64,000 nucleotides of DNA from Candidatus Poribacteria bacterium (GCA_965116925.1 OZ220744.1:992001-1056000); one strand, 5' to 3'. Positions 18,337 through 29,409 are shown, numbered from the stretch's first letter. Notes: a model not told the origin generated them from the sequence alone. Translations and numbers: made by a program.

Positions 18337-19500
18337 TCATACAGCGACACTTTCCAGCCAATCCCTACTAACCTCAATTCCAAATCCCGGCGCATCGTTA
18401 GGTACAAGATGGCCGTCCTTGATCACAGCCGTTCCGGGGATAGCGACCATCTCTTCAGGCGGCACGCCCGGTGGCGAGACACCCTCGGAGCGTTCGCCCC
18501 ACGAGATGGCGGGCATTGCAAAGGCGAGATGTTGTCCGTAGGGATAGTTCATGCCGCCGTGGGTGATCACCGAGATGCCCGCGGCTTCGGCGAGGTGGCA
18601 AATCCGAACGCACGACGTGATTCCGCCCGCCCACAGCACATCCGGTTGGAAGATATCCACGAGGCGCTGACCGGCAGCCGTTGAAAAGGGTAATGGCATA
18701 TACCAATGTTCGCCGGTAGCGAGTGTCTGCCAAGGCAATCGCCGACGCACCTCAGCGAACCCTTCAAAATCTTCCGGTATCAGATAATCTTCTAGCCATT
18801 TGAGGCGGTACGGTCTCAGCAGTTCAGCGAGCCGGACAGTATACTCCACATCCAGGGACAGCCAGCAGTCCAACATTAGTTCGACATCATCCCCGATCAG
18901 TTCTCGCGTTCTGGCTACTTCTGCCTCATTTTTATTGAGCCCCTCCAACCCGTCGGCGGGTCCATAGGGCAGTGGGAGTTTGGTCGCCTTGAACCCCAAC
19001 TCCATGTACCACTCGGTCTCGAATCCTGTAGAGTAACAGAAGATGCTTTCCTTTTGAGGTCCGCCAAGAAGTTCATAGACCGGGCGGTTCAATAGCTTGC
19101 CCTTCAAATCCCATAGGGCAAGGTCAACAGCACTGATAGCATAGCTTGCGATTCCAGTGCTACCGTAAGGGGTAGCCATCCGGAACATCATGTCAAACAC
19201 CTTCTCCGTTGCCATGCAATTTTCGCCCACAAGGTGTCGAGCGAAATGGTCGTTGATGACTTTGACCACCGGTCCCCCGTTAATCGTGACGCCTACGCCA
19301 AAGGTGCCATCTTCCGCGGTGATTACGCAGCCCACTCGATTCCAGCTAGCTCCCGACGATGACCGTCGCGTTCTGTAAGCGGGATAACGCGCCATTGGAC
19401 TTGGTGAATCGGGGCGGTCTGGTGGCGGTAAACTCCGCGGCTTGGTTTTGGGTGTGGGAGTGATGTTGATCTCGGCTGCTTTGATTTCCTTAATTTTCAT
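18337..19500 (-). CDS. L-rhamnonate dehydratase-like enolase-superfamily enzyme
   Basis: SPMARYP, KATKLPLPYGP, LMLDCW, TGEH motifs typical of the RhmD group. Confidence 0.85.
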   Translation of the reverse strand: MKIKEIKAAEINITPTPKTKPRSLPPPDRPDSPSPMARYPAYRTRRSSSGASWNRVGCVITAEDGTFGVGVTINGGPVVKVINDHFARHLVGENCMATEKVFDMMFRMATPYGSTGIASYAISAVDLALWDLKGKLLNRPVYELLGGPQKESIFCYSTGFETEWYMELGFKATKLPLPYGPADGLEGLNKNEAEVARTRELIGDDVELMLDCWLSLDVEYTVRLAELLRPYRLKWLEDYLIPEDFEGFAEVRRRLPWQTLATGEHWYMPLPFSTAAGQRLVDIFQPDVLWAGGITSCVRICHLAEAAGISVITHGGMNYPYGQHLAFAMPAISWGERSEGVSPPGVPPEEMVAIPGTAVIKDGHLVPNDAPGFGIEVSRDWLESVAV

Positions 19501-19614
19501 CTGGTCGTTGCCTCCATTGATAACCTTTGGTGTAAGTCAGTGCGGATGTCATTTCTGCAGCCCTCAAGAGTCCAAGAATTCATTGGATCTGTGAAGCCAA
19601 ATTGTGTTCACGTT

Positions 19615-20673
19615 TCACTCATTACCCCAGGGATATGATTCAACGCGGAATGACCGGTCGGCGAGTGGCAAATCAACCCTAGCCCCGCCTCGCATTGAGG
19701 AACCGTGGATAGCGAAACCTATCTCCGTTGCACGGCGCGCGTGGTCAATGTCACAGGCAGTTCGTCCACCCGTTTGTACTGCCTGCACCAAGTCGTTCAC
19801 CATCGCTGTGCCAGCGGGCCACGGTTCGGTTTCCTCCGGGAGATCTAATGGACGTAATCCCGCTCCAGATGGATCGTCCGCTGCCCAGATGTAGCTCTCA
19901 TTGGCATCGTCAAGGAGAAATAGACGCCCGTTCTCGCCCGCGACTTCAAAGGTCAAGCCTGCGTTTTCGTGGCGACCATTTGGCGTGACGTAAAGCACCG
20001 CTCCATTTGCCAGACCGATCTGTGCATTGCCGACCGGATCCATACGTCGGCGCGAATCGGGCGGTTCCGCTGAAACGTCGTCCACCAAGCCACTGACCCA
20101 CACCGGCTCGGCATCACCCGCTAAACCCAAGATCGCATCGTAAGAATGGCATCCATGATTAATCAAATTAGACAGTGCATAGGCGGTGGCACTTGTGACC
20201 TCCCCGATTATCCCATCGGCAACGAGCTCGCGTAGCGCGCAATAACGGGGCATCCAGCGACGATCCAACGCTAGAAGCAGCGGCACCTCTTGGCATGCGG
20301 CAACGATACGATCCAGTTCCGATAGACTAGTAGCAAGGGGTTTGTCACAGAGGATACCGCGCACCCCGGCTTGGACAGCTAACTCAATCTGATCTGCGTG
20401 CATCGTTTGGCGTGTGGCAAGACACAGTAGGTCCGGTTGGATTTCTCCAAGCATCTGCCCGTAGTCGTGATAGGTCGGAACGTCGCCCCATACCTCCCGC
20501 CAACAATCTGCGAATTCTGTCCGGGTTTCTGCGCCGAGATCAAACACCGCTGCCACATCCGTCTCTAGCACAGCGTGAAACGCAGCCGCAAAGTTGTGAC
20601 TGCCTGGGGTCCGGTGCGTCATGCGATGGCATCCGGCAACTGCGACACGCAATTTCTCTTGGCTTTGTCCCAT
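19615..20673 (-). CDS. Gfo/Idh/MocA family oxidoreductase
   Basis: LRVAVAGC, ILCDKPLA, INHGCH. Confidence 0.85.
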   Translation of the reverse strand: MGQSQEKLRVAVAGCHRMTHRTPGSHNFAAAFHAVLETDVAAVFDLGAETRTEFADCWREVWGDVPTYHDYGQMLGEIQPDLLCLATRQTMHADQIELAVQAGVRGILCDKPLATSLSELDRIVAACQEVPLLLALDRRWMPRYCALRELVADGIIGEVTSATAYALSNLINHGCHSYDAILGLAGDAEPVWVSGLVDDVSAEPPDSRRRMDPVGNAQIGLANGAVLYVTPNGRHENAGLTFEVAGENGRLFLLDDANESYIWAADDPSGAGLRPLDLPEETEPWPAGTAMVNDLVQAVQTGGRTACDIDHARRATEIGFAIHGSSMRGGARVDLPLADRSFRVESYPWGNE

Positions 20674-20700
20674 TGTTTCTCTCCTCATTTTTAGCTATTA

Positions 20701-20861
20701 TAGTGGATTTTAGAATTAATGAGACACTCCAAACCGGTGCGGTTGCAAACCGCACCTACCGTTCTCCTGTTTGGTAGGCGCTGTTTCTAACTGCGCCGTT
20801 TCAACCCACACTACGGCACCTACCGGGGGTGAAAATGTCTATTTATTTTTAGAATTCACTA
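20701..20861 (+). mobile_element. MITE family A, copy 3 with expanded REP cargo
   Basis: tagtggattttagaattaatgagacact ... tgtctatttatttttagaattcacta; TA at 20699-20700 and 20862-20863; three internal REP-like units. Confidence 0.85.
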
Positions 20862-20880
20862 TAGTTGAGATTCATCTGTT

Positions 20881-21924
20881 CTACCACGAAAATCCAGCAC
20901 CTTCCGGCGCAAGGAAACAGCCGTCAACGAAATGGTCCCGTTCCTCATCGGTCAATAACCCCGTTTCCAGATACAGCGTATTGGGCAGGGCACACAGGAT
21001 ATTCAGGTTTATCAGGCCTCCACCATGCGTACAGCACGGTATGCCAAACGCCGCTGCCAACAGACCGGTGGCGACACATTCGGAGAAACCACCCAAGCGA
21101 GCGAGATCGACCTGTACAATGTCTATTCCCCGACGGACCAAGAGTTCCTTAAACTCTTCCTTCCCATAAAGGTTTTCGCCGGTAGCAATGGGCATGGCAA
21201 GCCCATGTGCGAGTTCGGCATAGTCATCATAGTTGTGGGCGGGCAGCGGTTCCTCAAGCCAGAAGACACCCATCTCTTGAAAAACCTGTCCGCGACGTAA
21301 CGCTTCATATACCGTGAGTGTCTGGTTGGCGTCCACCATAATCGTGACCTCCGAACCAATCTCCGCCCGAATCGTTTCTAGCCGTTGAATGTCCTCCTCC
21401 AGCGTCGGGGAACCGACCTTGACCTTCACAGCCTTAAATCCCTGTTCGGCGGATTTAGCGCAGACCTCCTTGAGTTCATCGAGATCTAAGTGCATCCAAC
21501 CGACCATCGTATAGGCGGGCACACGGTCTTTCGCTTGGCCCACAAGGCGGTGTGCAGGTTGTCCTGTCTCCTGTCCAAAAATGTCCCAGAGGGCGACATT
21601 CACGGCTGTGAGGGCATACATCGTCATACCGTGGATAGCGTGTTCTTCCAGTGCCCACTTCAGATCTTCGTGGATCAGTCGAATAGCGAGCGGATCCCGT
21701 CCCACAAGCAGCGGCGCGACCTCCTCATCAAGCATAGTCTGGAGCGTATGGTTAGCACCCCGAATCGAGGAAAAGCCAACCGATGAACTGCCGACGAGAC
21801 CTGTATCGGTGTGAACTTTGACATAAACACGTCCCGGATGTCTATTGGCACGGAGCGCGTCGGTGATTGGACGCTCCGGCGGTGGGGCGATATACAATTC
21901 GGTTTCAAGCTGATTGATTTTCAT
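20881..21924 (-). CDS. Mandelate racemase family enzyme
   Basis: VKVKVG, IMVDAN, WLEEP, TGEN. Confidence 0.9.
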   Translation of the reverse strand: MKINQLETELYIAPPPERPITDALRANRHPGRVYVKVHTDTGLVGSSSVGFSSIRGANHTLQTMLDEEVAPLLVGRDPLAIRLIHEDLKWALEEHAIHGMTMYALTAVNVALWDIFGQETGQPAHRLVGQAKDRVPAYTMVGWMHLDLDELKEVCAKSAEQGFKAVKVKVGSPTLEEDIQRLETIRAEIGSEVTIMVDANQTLTVYEALRRGQVFQEMGVFWLEEPLPAHNYDDYAELAHGLAMPIATGENLYGKEEFKELLVRRGIDIVQVDLARLGGFSECVATGLLAAAFGIPCCTHGGGLINLNILCALPNTLYLETGLLTDEERDHFVDGCFLAPEGAGFSW

Positions 21925-21996
21925 TTTTGTCCTCGTCGCGCGGCACTAGCAGGATTTGCGTCAAATTTTCAAATGAATCAATGTGCCAAAAAGGTT

Positions 21997-22788
21997 CTAC
22001 GCCAAAATATCGCTCACAAACTTCAACGTTGCTTTGGTGTTTCTGTTGATCTCATCCACTGTTGTTCCACCAACGCATTCGACATATAAGGGTCCCTCAA
22101 AACCACCACTGACAAGCCCATTAAGGACCGTCTCAAAATCCACTAGCCCTTCGCCCGGTGTGACCATCACATCCGGCACACCATCTTCGACGACACAATC
22201 CTTGATAATCGTTGTCGTCACTTTCGGTGCAGCAGTCGCCACGTCGGTTTCGGGGCGAAGATCGCCTTTGGTGTAATAGATGATATTGCCAGGATCGTAG
22301 CAGATCCCAAAAGCAGAATGATTTACTTTTTTATCAGCGTCAATGAGATCTTGGACTGTAAGGCTGATGCCACCGTGTGGTTTCATGGTAATGTTCACAC
22401 CCATTTCTCCTGCATGTGGCGCAGCCTGACGCATTAGTTCAAAGTAGTCGGTATAGTGTGCCTCGTTTCCCGTGCCACAATCTAGCAACCACTTCGTGCC
22501 GAGCGCAGCGGTATTATCGATGAGTCGTTTATAGTCATCAATGGCGGCTTCCAAACCGAGATTCAATTTCGTACTACCGATTAGCATTGAAGGGGTCAAG
22601 CCAGCAGCGGCTGCGGTTTTACGGGTTTCTGCGATTTCCGCATCCGTGCTATCCGCCTGAACAGGAATCTGACCGGCGTTCGCGAATACCGCAACATCGG
22701 TATACCCAGCAGCCGCGATATGCTCACACGCTTCGGCAAATGTGAGTGAGCCGTAAGGACGGGTCGTGCAGCCTATTGTATGTTTCAT
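21997..22788 (-). CDS. Sugar phosphate isomerase/epimerase (xylose isomerase-like TIM barrel)
   Basis: KPHGG, YDPGN, IKD, GEGLVDF, YVE. Confidence 0.82.
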   Translation of the reverse strand: MKHTIGCTTRPYGSLTFAEACEHIAAAGYTDVAVFANAGQIPVQADSTDAEIAETRKTAAAAGLTPSMLIGSTKLNLGLEAAIDDYKRLIDNTAALGTKWLLDCGTGNEAHYTDYFELMRQAAPHAGEMGVNITMKPHGGISLTVQDLIDADKKVNHSAFGICYDPGNIIYYTKGDLRPETDVATAAPKVTTTIIKDCVVEDGVPDVMVTPGEGLVDFETVLNGLVSGGFEGPLYVECVGGTTVDEINRNTKATLKFVSDILA

Positions 22789-22870
22789 AAGAGTTATCCT
22801 TTCAAACACTGAATATTTTTATATTTATCTGAGGATTTAACGGAGGTTTGGCAGAAGTTGCCCCAGTCAT

Positions 22871-25084
22871 TCAACCCTTCGAGGGAGGCGGTATGTTTGC
22901 GGAAGTAGGGGTAGGGTTCGAGTAAAGCTGTTGATAGATAATATAGCTGTCAATAACCTTTTTGATGTGACGGCGTGTTTGGTCTATCCCAATATCTTCG
23001 ATGAATTCATCTAGATCCGGGATCTGCTTTGCCTTTACCCATCGCCGCATCCGACCGGGACCGCCGTTGTACGCGCCTGCGACCAGTGCGTGATCGTTGT
23101 CAAACTGATTCATCAAACTTTTCATGTACCATGACCCCATCTGAATGTTAATATCAGGATCATACAGCATCTTTGTGTTGAATCGAGGAATTTTAAGACG
23201 GCTGGCAAACTCGGGGCCATTCGCGGGCATGATCTGCATCAGTCCTATCGCACCGGCGTAGGAAACAGCATCGGCGTTATACCTGCTTTCTTCGCGAATC
23301 ATAGCGGCGACAAACAACGGGTCAATTTCGTATTTTGTGGTATGTTTTTGAAGGAGGTCCGTGTAGTAAAGTGGATAGAGGAGTCGATAAAGTTCTACCG
23401 GTATAGCGTTGTTTTTACCACGCAGGGGTTGAAATCTTGATAACCTGTCTGCATATCCGTGCGCCTGTTGAAACTTCTTAAGTTTTTCAAGGCATAAAAT
23501 AAGGTTATAGTAGTTATCTCGAAGATTCGAGTTGTCGCGCTTGACGAGTCCTTTCAGTTCAATCAAGGCGTCCTCAAAAAGTTTGAGACGCATCAACTGT
23601 TGGACGCTAGCCGTTTTCTTAGATCCGATGTTTTTCCAGGCAGGGCTGTTCAAAGTAACATGGACCCGAGGGGGTGCCAGGATTTCCGGTTTGATGGGAG
23701 TATCAATTTTTGATTGGAGACGTTTAAGGTGTTCTTTTGCACGTCCGCTGTAATACCAGTGACCTGCCTTCACGATTTCGCTATATACTACCTCCGCTTC
23801 CTTTAACCGATTTTGACGTTCATAGGTTTTTGCTATCCAGAAGCGCGCCGCTTTAGCCCAACTATCGTGTGGAAACCCCTTTTGCAAAGTTGTGAAGGTT
23901 TCAATGCACTCTGTGTATCGTTCGTTCCTGAATTGGATCCAGCCGATCCGCCAGTATGCTCGCGGTAGCCAGCTGCTGTTGGTGTATTGGGTCGTCAAAC
24001 GACGGTAGGAAGCGAGGGCTTTGTCATACTGTTTCTCGTTTTCCTGCACCCACCCGAGATCATATAACGCATCGTCCGCTAATGCACTCCAGTTGTATTT
24101 TTCAATGAAGGCAATCAAATGCTTTTCAGCCAGTTGTGGTTGTCCCTTGCGCCGATAGCAAAGCGTCGACTGATAGAGTGCACGAGTGAGATAGCCACTC
24201 GCTGGGTAGAGAGCAACAACTTTGCCGTACTCCTTAAGTGCCAAATCATATTTGCGCTGGCGGTGGTATGCGCGACCGATATAGTAGGTGGCACGTGCGG
24301 TAATTTTGTCTTTATGGCCCGCAGCAGTTTTGCGAAGTGCCGAGCGTGCACTCGTCAACTGACCACGATTGAATCGCACCATGGCGTGGGTCATGCGTTG
24401 ATTACGGGTAATCTGGAGTTCTGGACGGCGTGCAACTAATTTTTGAAGGGCGTTTGCCGAACTTAGTGCGATAGTGTCTGCGTTGTTTGCATGAATAAGC
24501 TGTTGATAGGTGTCTTGGGCTTGCTTCCAGTTTCCTAACTTTTCATAAGTCTTTGCAGCCTCATAGGTCGCTCTTCTGGCATAACTGTTTTTTGCATCAG
24601 CGATAAGCCCTAAAAAGCCTTTGAGTGCCGTGGCGTAATTACCTGCGTCATACTGGGCTTTGGCGAGTTGGTATTTCGCGCCAGCAAAATGAAAGCTCTG
24701 CGGATGTTCATCGATCAACCGTTGATACCAGATGATAGCGTTCTGATTGTCTTTCATCTGTCCGTATGACTTTGCCAGATGGTGGATGACATAATCTGCC
24801 AAGGGATATGTTGCAGAAAGCGCGAACTTATAATGTTCAATAGCTCTTGTCCATTTCTTGCCCTTTTCGTAACAGTAAGCGAGCACATGATGGATTGCCT
24901 GTTTCTCTGGATGGGTTGGATGTGTTTTGAGTAACTTTTCTAAACTTCGAGCGGCTTGAGTATAGCTTCTCTGATCGACAAGGATAAGCACCTCCTCAAA
25001 AGAGGGCTCTGCAAACACCTGCGGAATCATACAAGCAGCAAGAGCAATAGGGAGTAAATAACAGTACACTGTTTTCTTGAACAT
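22871..25084 (-). CDS. TPR-repeat soluble lytic transglycosylase
   Basis: Signal peptide, many TPRs, C-terminal IREESRY...GAIGLMQIMP...AYNGGPG; alternative TTG start at 25117. Confidence 0.9.
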   Translation of the reverse strand: MFKKTVYCYLLPIALAACMIPQVFAEPSFEEVLILVDQRSYTQAARSLEKLLKTHPTHPEKQAIHHVLAYCYEKGKKWTRAIEHYKFALSATYPLADYVIHHLAKSYGQMKDNQNAIIWYQRLIDEHPQSFHFAGAKYQLAKAQYDAGNYATALKGFLGLIADAKNSYARRATYEAAKTYEKLGNWKQAQDTYQQLIHANNADTIALSSANALQKLVARRPELQITRNQRMTHAMVRFNRGQLTSARSALRKTAAGHKDKITARATYYIGRAYHRQRKYDLALKEYGKVVALYPASGYLTRALYQSTLCYRRKGQPQLAEKHLIAFIEKYNWSALADDALYDLGWVQENEKQYDKALASYRRLTTQYTNSSWLPRAYWRIGWIQFRNERYTECIETFTTLQKGFPHDSWAKAARFWIAKTYERQNRLKEAEVVYSEIVKAGHWYYSGRAKEHLKRLQSKIDTPIKPEILAPPRVHVTLNSPAWKNIGSKKTASVQQLMRLKLFEDALIELKGLVKRDNSNLRDNYYNLILCLEKLKKFQQAHGYADRLSRFQPLRGKNNAIPVELYRLLYPLYYTDLLQKHTTKYEIDPLFVAAMIREESRYNADAVSYAGAIGLMQIMPANGPEFASRLKIPRFNTKMLYDPDINIQMGSWYMKSLMNQFDNDHALVAGAYNGGPGRMRRWVKAKQIPDLDEFIEDIGIDQTRRHIKKVIDSYIIYQQLYSNPTPTSANIPPPSKG

Positions 25085-25152
25085 ATCGGGACGGCAGTCA
25101 GGAACGAGATCTATCAACTCATCCTTAAACCGAATTACCTCCTTTATATCTT

Positions 25153-25243
25153 AGCTCATATTAAGATTTAGTGCAAAGAAACCGAGTTTTTTCTTGAAAA
25201 CTCGGTTTCTCTTCGTGCTTTGCACTTTCTTTTTACATGAGCC
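25153..25243 (+). mobile_element. MITE family B (8-bp TSD), copy 1
   Basis: Ends agctcatattaagatttagtgcaaag / ctttgcactttctttttacatgagcc; TSD TATATCTT at 25145-25152 and 25244-25251. Confidence 0.85.
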
Positions 25244-25360
25244 TATATCTTTAAGCCATTTCTTTAATCCGACGGGTAGTTTCCTGAGGAACGCTGTTAC
25301 AACTAGAGTCGAGCGTGTTGCTGATAGAGGATTGACTCACTTTTTTGGGTATCGCTGTTT

Positions 25361-27082
25361 TTATCGGGTTGGCAATCCGCGATAAATCAAGCCGCCCGCG
25401 ATTAGCGCAATCAGCAAAAAAAGGACGCCAGAACCGTAAAATCCCAATAGCAATTTGCCGAATCCAAACAGTGTGCAATAGACGAATGCCGAACCTAACA
25501 CCCAATTGAGCAGTGCTGGCATACTGCTCTCTCCAATTGGTTGGACATTTGCAAGGCTAGGGATGCGTCCCCACCAGCCACCATTCGGTCGGACGCGTTG
25601 ATAGAACGCGATTAACCTCTCTTCTGAAACAGGGGAGGTTACTAGAGTTGCGACGAACCAAATAAGTGTCGAGGTCGGAACGATGATTAACATCTGATAC
25701 GCGAAGTTATCTTTTGTTTGAGGCAAGGTGAACACAATTGTTGACACAACTGCGGAGGTAACCATCGCAGCAATCTCCGACCACGCATTAATCCGCCACC
25801 AGTACCACCGCAAAATCTGCACGAGTCCAATTCCAGCGTTGAGGGCAATCAGGAATTTCCACGCTCCCGCGATTGAATCCATGAATAAGCTAGTCACCCC
25901 TGCAAGGAGCATAATCAGTACAACCGAGATCCGAGAAGCAACCACGTAATGACGGTCGTCAGCCTCTGGTTTGAAAAAGCGTTTGTAGAAATCGTTGACG
26001 AGATAAGAGGCTCCCCAATTTAGGTGAGTGTCAATCGTTGACATAAACGCTGCAAGAAACGCTGTCAGCATAAGACCAAGCAATCCGGTCGGCAGATACT
26101 CGAGCATCAACTTCGGATAACCCGCTTCCGGATCGCTAAGGTTTGGGTAAACAACCATTGACACAAGAGCAACCAGAATCCAGGGCCAAGGGCGCAACGT
26201 ATAGTGTGCGATATTGAACCATAGCGTAGCAAGCAATGTATTCCGTTCGTCTTTCGCTGCAAACATCCGTTGAGCGATATAGCCGCCGCCATCCACTCCG
26301 TTTGCCGCCCACCACTGAACGCCGAGGTAAACGCCGAAGGTCAATATCGCCATCTCGCCGGCACCAAAATCCGGAAAGAAGTGTAGAATCGAGTGGTCCG
26401 CCCCATGCATCTCCGACAGCTTGGTTTTCAGGGTCCCTATACCCCCAATCTTGACAACAGCGATAACTGCTAACGCAATCGATCCAATCATCGCCATGCC
26501 GAATTGGACCAAGTCCGTTATGACAACCCCCCAAAATCCTGACAGCGCACAGTAAATACCCGCAATTAACATGCACGCTAGGACGACAAGCACTTTCGAT
26601 GTTCCGGTGTCGGGCAGATTAAAGGTCAACACGATAATCTTCTGCATCGCCAAGATCACCCAGCCCATTGTGATACAATTAATTGGCAATCCAATGTAGA
26701 GGGCGCGAAAGCCACGCAACAAGCTAGCTGATCTGCCTGCATAACGTAATTCCGTTAATTCAACGTCGGTGATAACCTCCGCTCGTCGCCAGAGTCGGGA
26801 GAACAGGAACGTCGCTAACATTCCGCTCAAGACCATGTTCCACCATAGCCAATTTCCTGCAATGCCATCCTTAGCAACGAGCCCTGTGACTGCTAACGGT
26901 GTATCTGCGGCAAAAGTCGTTGCGACCATTGATGTGCCTGCGAGCCACCACGGTAAGTTTCTACCAGAAACGAAAAATTCGTTAATATCCCTCCCTGCCC
27001 GTTTAGAATAGTAGATACCGAGTCCAAGTGCAAAAACGATATAACTAATGATGATTACGCCGTCAATAGGTGAAAGTTTCAT
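25361..27082 (-). CDS. Sodium:solute symporter family protein
   Basis: GRNLPWWLAGTSMVATTFAADTP, QRMFAAKDE, AAFMST; many TMs. Confidence 0.93.
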   Translation of the reverse strand: MKLSPIDGVIIISYIVFALGLGIYYSKRAGRDINEFFVSGRNLPWWLAGTSMVATTFAADTPLAVTGLVAKDGIAGNWLWWNMVLSGMLATFLFSRLWRRAEVITDVELTELRYAGRSASLLRGFRALYIGLPINCITMGWVILAMQKIIVLTFNLPDTGTSKVLVVLACMLIAGIYCALSGFWGVVITDLVQFGMAMIGSIALAVIAVVKIGGIGTLKTKLSEMHGADHSILHFFPDFGAGEMAILTFGVYLGVQWWAANGVDGGGYIAQRMFAAKDERNTLLATLWFNIAHYTLRPWPWILVALVSMVVYPNLSDPEAGYPKLMLEYLPTGLLGLMLTAFLAAFMSTIDTHLNWGASYLVNDFYKRFFKPEADDRHYVVASRISVVLIMLLAGVTSLFMDSIAGAWKFLIALNAGIGLVQILRWYWWRINAWSEIAAMVTSAVVSTIVFTLPQTKDNFAYQMLIIVPTSTLIWFVATLVTSPVSEERLIAFYQRVRPNGGWWGRIPSLANVQPIGESSMPALLNWVLGSAFVYCTLFGFGKLLLGFYGSGVLFLLIALIAGGLIYRGLPTR

Positions 27083-27419
27083 CTAAACTCAATCTCCTTA
27101 TTGTGTTTGTACGCTGAGGGTATACTTGTACGATTGATTCAGTATTTTGAAAGCTGTATATCTTAGGGAAGATTGGAAATCGCAGGAGAGCTCGGTTATC
27201 TTATCATGGAGCATATCCCAAATCAAGCGAAATGAGAGGCAAATTTTTGCTGCAAATAAAAAAAATAAAAGGCGAGGAAATTTGCCTCTTGGGGATCTCG
27301 GTTTTGCTTGCCACCCATCTGCAAATCTGCTAAAATGAATTTCTAAACCGTCGGATTTTGAAGGCTATTTCTGACACTCTCAAGCATTTATACTTGGGAG
27401 TATGTCACGGGAGATTCGT

Positions 27420-28415
27420 ATGAGAGATGAACCGTTAAGGTCTATTCACGTCGGTACGGGTGGCAGAGGTACTTGGCCCATTGATGTTGTGACAATCGAT
27501 CCAAATTGGGAGCCTGTTGCCTTGGTAGATGTTGATGAGACTGCCCTCCAAACCGTACGCGAGAAAACGGGACTGGGAAAATCCGCTTGTTTCTCAAGTC
27601 TTGAAGCAGCAGCCAAAGCCGTTGATGCTGATGCTGCGTTAATTTGCACCCCAACCGCGACGCACGCCCCTTTTGCACGGATGGGGTTTGAAGCCGGCTT
27701 GCATGTCCTCGTCGAAAAGGGAATGACAACTGACCTCGCTTTAGCAAAGCAATTGGTCAGGGAGGGGGAGGCGAGCGGCGTCAGATTCTGTGTGGCGCAA
27801 AATTATCGCTATCAACCGCTGCAACAGACAATAAAGGGGATCCTTGATGAAGGGATCCGCGGCACCCCCGCGATTGTTGACCTTATCCACCACCGCTATC
27901 GCCCGGATCCGCGCACACTGAACTATCTCAATGCGATGATCTGGGACATGAGCTGCCACCACTTTGATAACCTCAACTTCTGGTTTGGTCCTGTTCAAAC
28001 AATGATTGCGCGGACGTTCAACACACCTTGGAGTCGCTATCCCTACGACTCAGGGGTTTATGCGATCCTTGAGTACGAAAACGGGATGGTATGCAATTAC
28101 GGCATAACGCACTGCGCCCAAAACAGTTCATATCACCTGCGTATGCAGATGGATGGGGGTTCACTCCGGGCATATGACGTGGAAGGAATCGAATTTCAAC
28201 CGACGGGTGGCGGTGAGCCTGAAACGATTGAACCGCTGTCTTTACCGCGCAGTGAGCAGCTCGTACTTGATGCGTTAAGGGAGTATATCTGCGACGGGGT
28301 TGAACCGGGTATCTCAGGTAGGAATAATCTTCAAACGCTTGCCCTCTGTCAAGCAACGTGCGACGCTGCAAATACCGGTACAGTTGTCAGAGTCGCGGAT
28401 CTACTTGAAGAATAG
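27420..28415 (+). CDS. Gfo/Idh/MocA family oxidoreductase
   Basis: HVGTGGRG, HVLVEKG, AQNYRY, DMSCHHFD. Confidence 0.88.
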   Translation: MRDEPLRSIHVGTGGRGTWPIDVVTIDPNWEPVALVDVDETALQTVREKTGLGKSACFSSLEAAAKAVDADAALICTPTATHAPFARMGFEAGLHVLVEKGMTTDLALAKQLVREGEASGVRFCVAQNYRYQPLQQTIKGILDEGIRGTPAIVDLIHHRYRPDPRTLNYLNAMIWDMSCHHFDNLNFWFGPVQTMIARTFNTPWSRYPYDSGVYAILEYENGMVCNYGITHCAQNSSYHLRMQMDGGSLRAYDVEGIEFQPTGGGEPETIEPLSLPRSEQLVLDALREYICDGVEPGISGRNNLQTLALCQATCDAANTGTVVRVADLLEE

Positions 28416-28473
28416 GGACAATGAACGTTGGCAATCAATCTGTTGATTGTTGCCAATTTTTGAAAGGATCACA

Positions 28474-29382
28474 ATGTCGGCTAGCCCCCAACATTCACAC
28501 CAAGACTTTGTACTAATCACCAACCCAATTTCGGGAAAAGGCAAGGCGGCTGCGGTCGCTGAGCAATCACTCCAGCGTCTCACCGCTGAAGGCTACACGG
28601 GTCGGCTGGAGTTGACCACTCAGTCCGGTGACGCGAACCGAATCGCACAGGAAGCTATTGAAAACGGTTTGCACTGGATTATCGCATGTGGTGGTGATGG
28701 TACAATTCACGAAGTGGTCAACGCGATTGGGGAGAAGCCGGACGTGATACTTGGTGTTCTGCCGTGTGGGAAGGGAAATGATTTCGCAGAAGCGTTGAAG
28801 ATTCCTACAAAACCGATAGAGGCCATCAAGGTGCTGCTGGCGGGAGCTACGCGGCAGGTCGATCTGGGCAAAATTGGAGATTACTATTTCGATACGATTG
28901 TCACGTGTGGGTATGATGCTGAGGTGAGTCGGCGCGTTACAGAGGAGGGCACGCCTTTTTCTGGGACAGCTGCTTATGTGTATACGGCAATCACGACGCT
29001 TTTTCGCTATCGATCCCCCACGGTTCGCCTTGAAGGGGACTTCGGCTCCTATGAAGGTAAAATTCTACTGACTGCCACCGGCATCACGTCTAGCTATGGC
29101 GGTGGGATGAAAATCGTGCCGGAGGCAGTTATAGATGACGGGTTGTTTAATGTATGTATTATCGAGCCCGTTCCCCATCGAACCGTTTTACGCTTGCTTT
29201 TCACCCTTTTCTGGGGAGGACATGCCGGACATCCTGCTGTCCAGATGCACCGCACAAAGTCGCTGACCATCGAAACAGATCCGCCGATACTCCTTTATGC
29301 GGACGGCGAACGAATCTGCTACACCCCTGCAACCGTTGAAATAGTTGAACACGGTCTGACTGTTATTGCGCCCCCGGAGTGA
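28474..29382 (+). CDS. Diacylglycerol kinase family (YegS/DAGK) lipid kinase
   Basis: NPISG, GGDGT, GKGNDF, YGGG, ADGE. Confidence 0.93.
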   Translation: MSASPQHSHQDFVLITNPISGKGKAAAVAEQSLQRLTAEGYTGRLELTTQSGDANRIAQEAIENGLHWIIACGGDGTIHEVVNAIGEKPDVILGVLPCGKGNDFAEALKIPTKPIEAIKVLLAGATRQVDLGKIGDYYFDTIVTCGYDAEVSRRVTEEGTPFSGTAAYVYTAITTLFRYRSPTVRLEGDFGSYEGKILLTATGITSSYGGGMKIVPEAVIDDGLFNVCIIEPVPHRTVLRLLFTLFWGGHAGHPAVQMHRTKSLTIETDPPILLYADGERICYTPATVEIVEHGLTVIAPPE

Positions 29383-29409
29383 TATTGACTCAAGTTCCGA
29401 GAAACCGCA

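Noticed and set aside
27130..27330. Possible riboswitch upstream of the symporter or Gfo gene
   Set aside because: Only a 10-bp inverted repeat (aggcaaattt/aaatttgcct) and no recognisable aptamer consensus.
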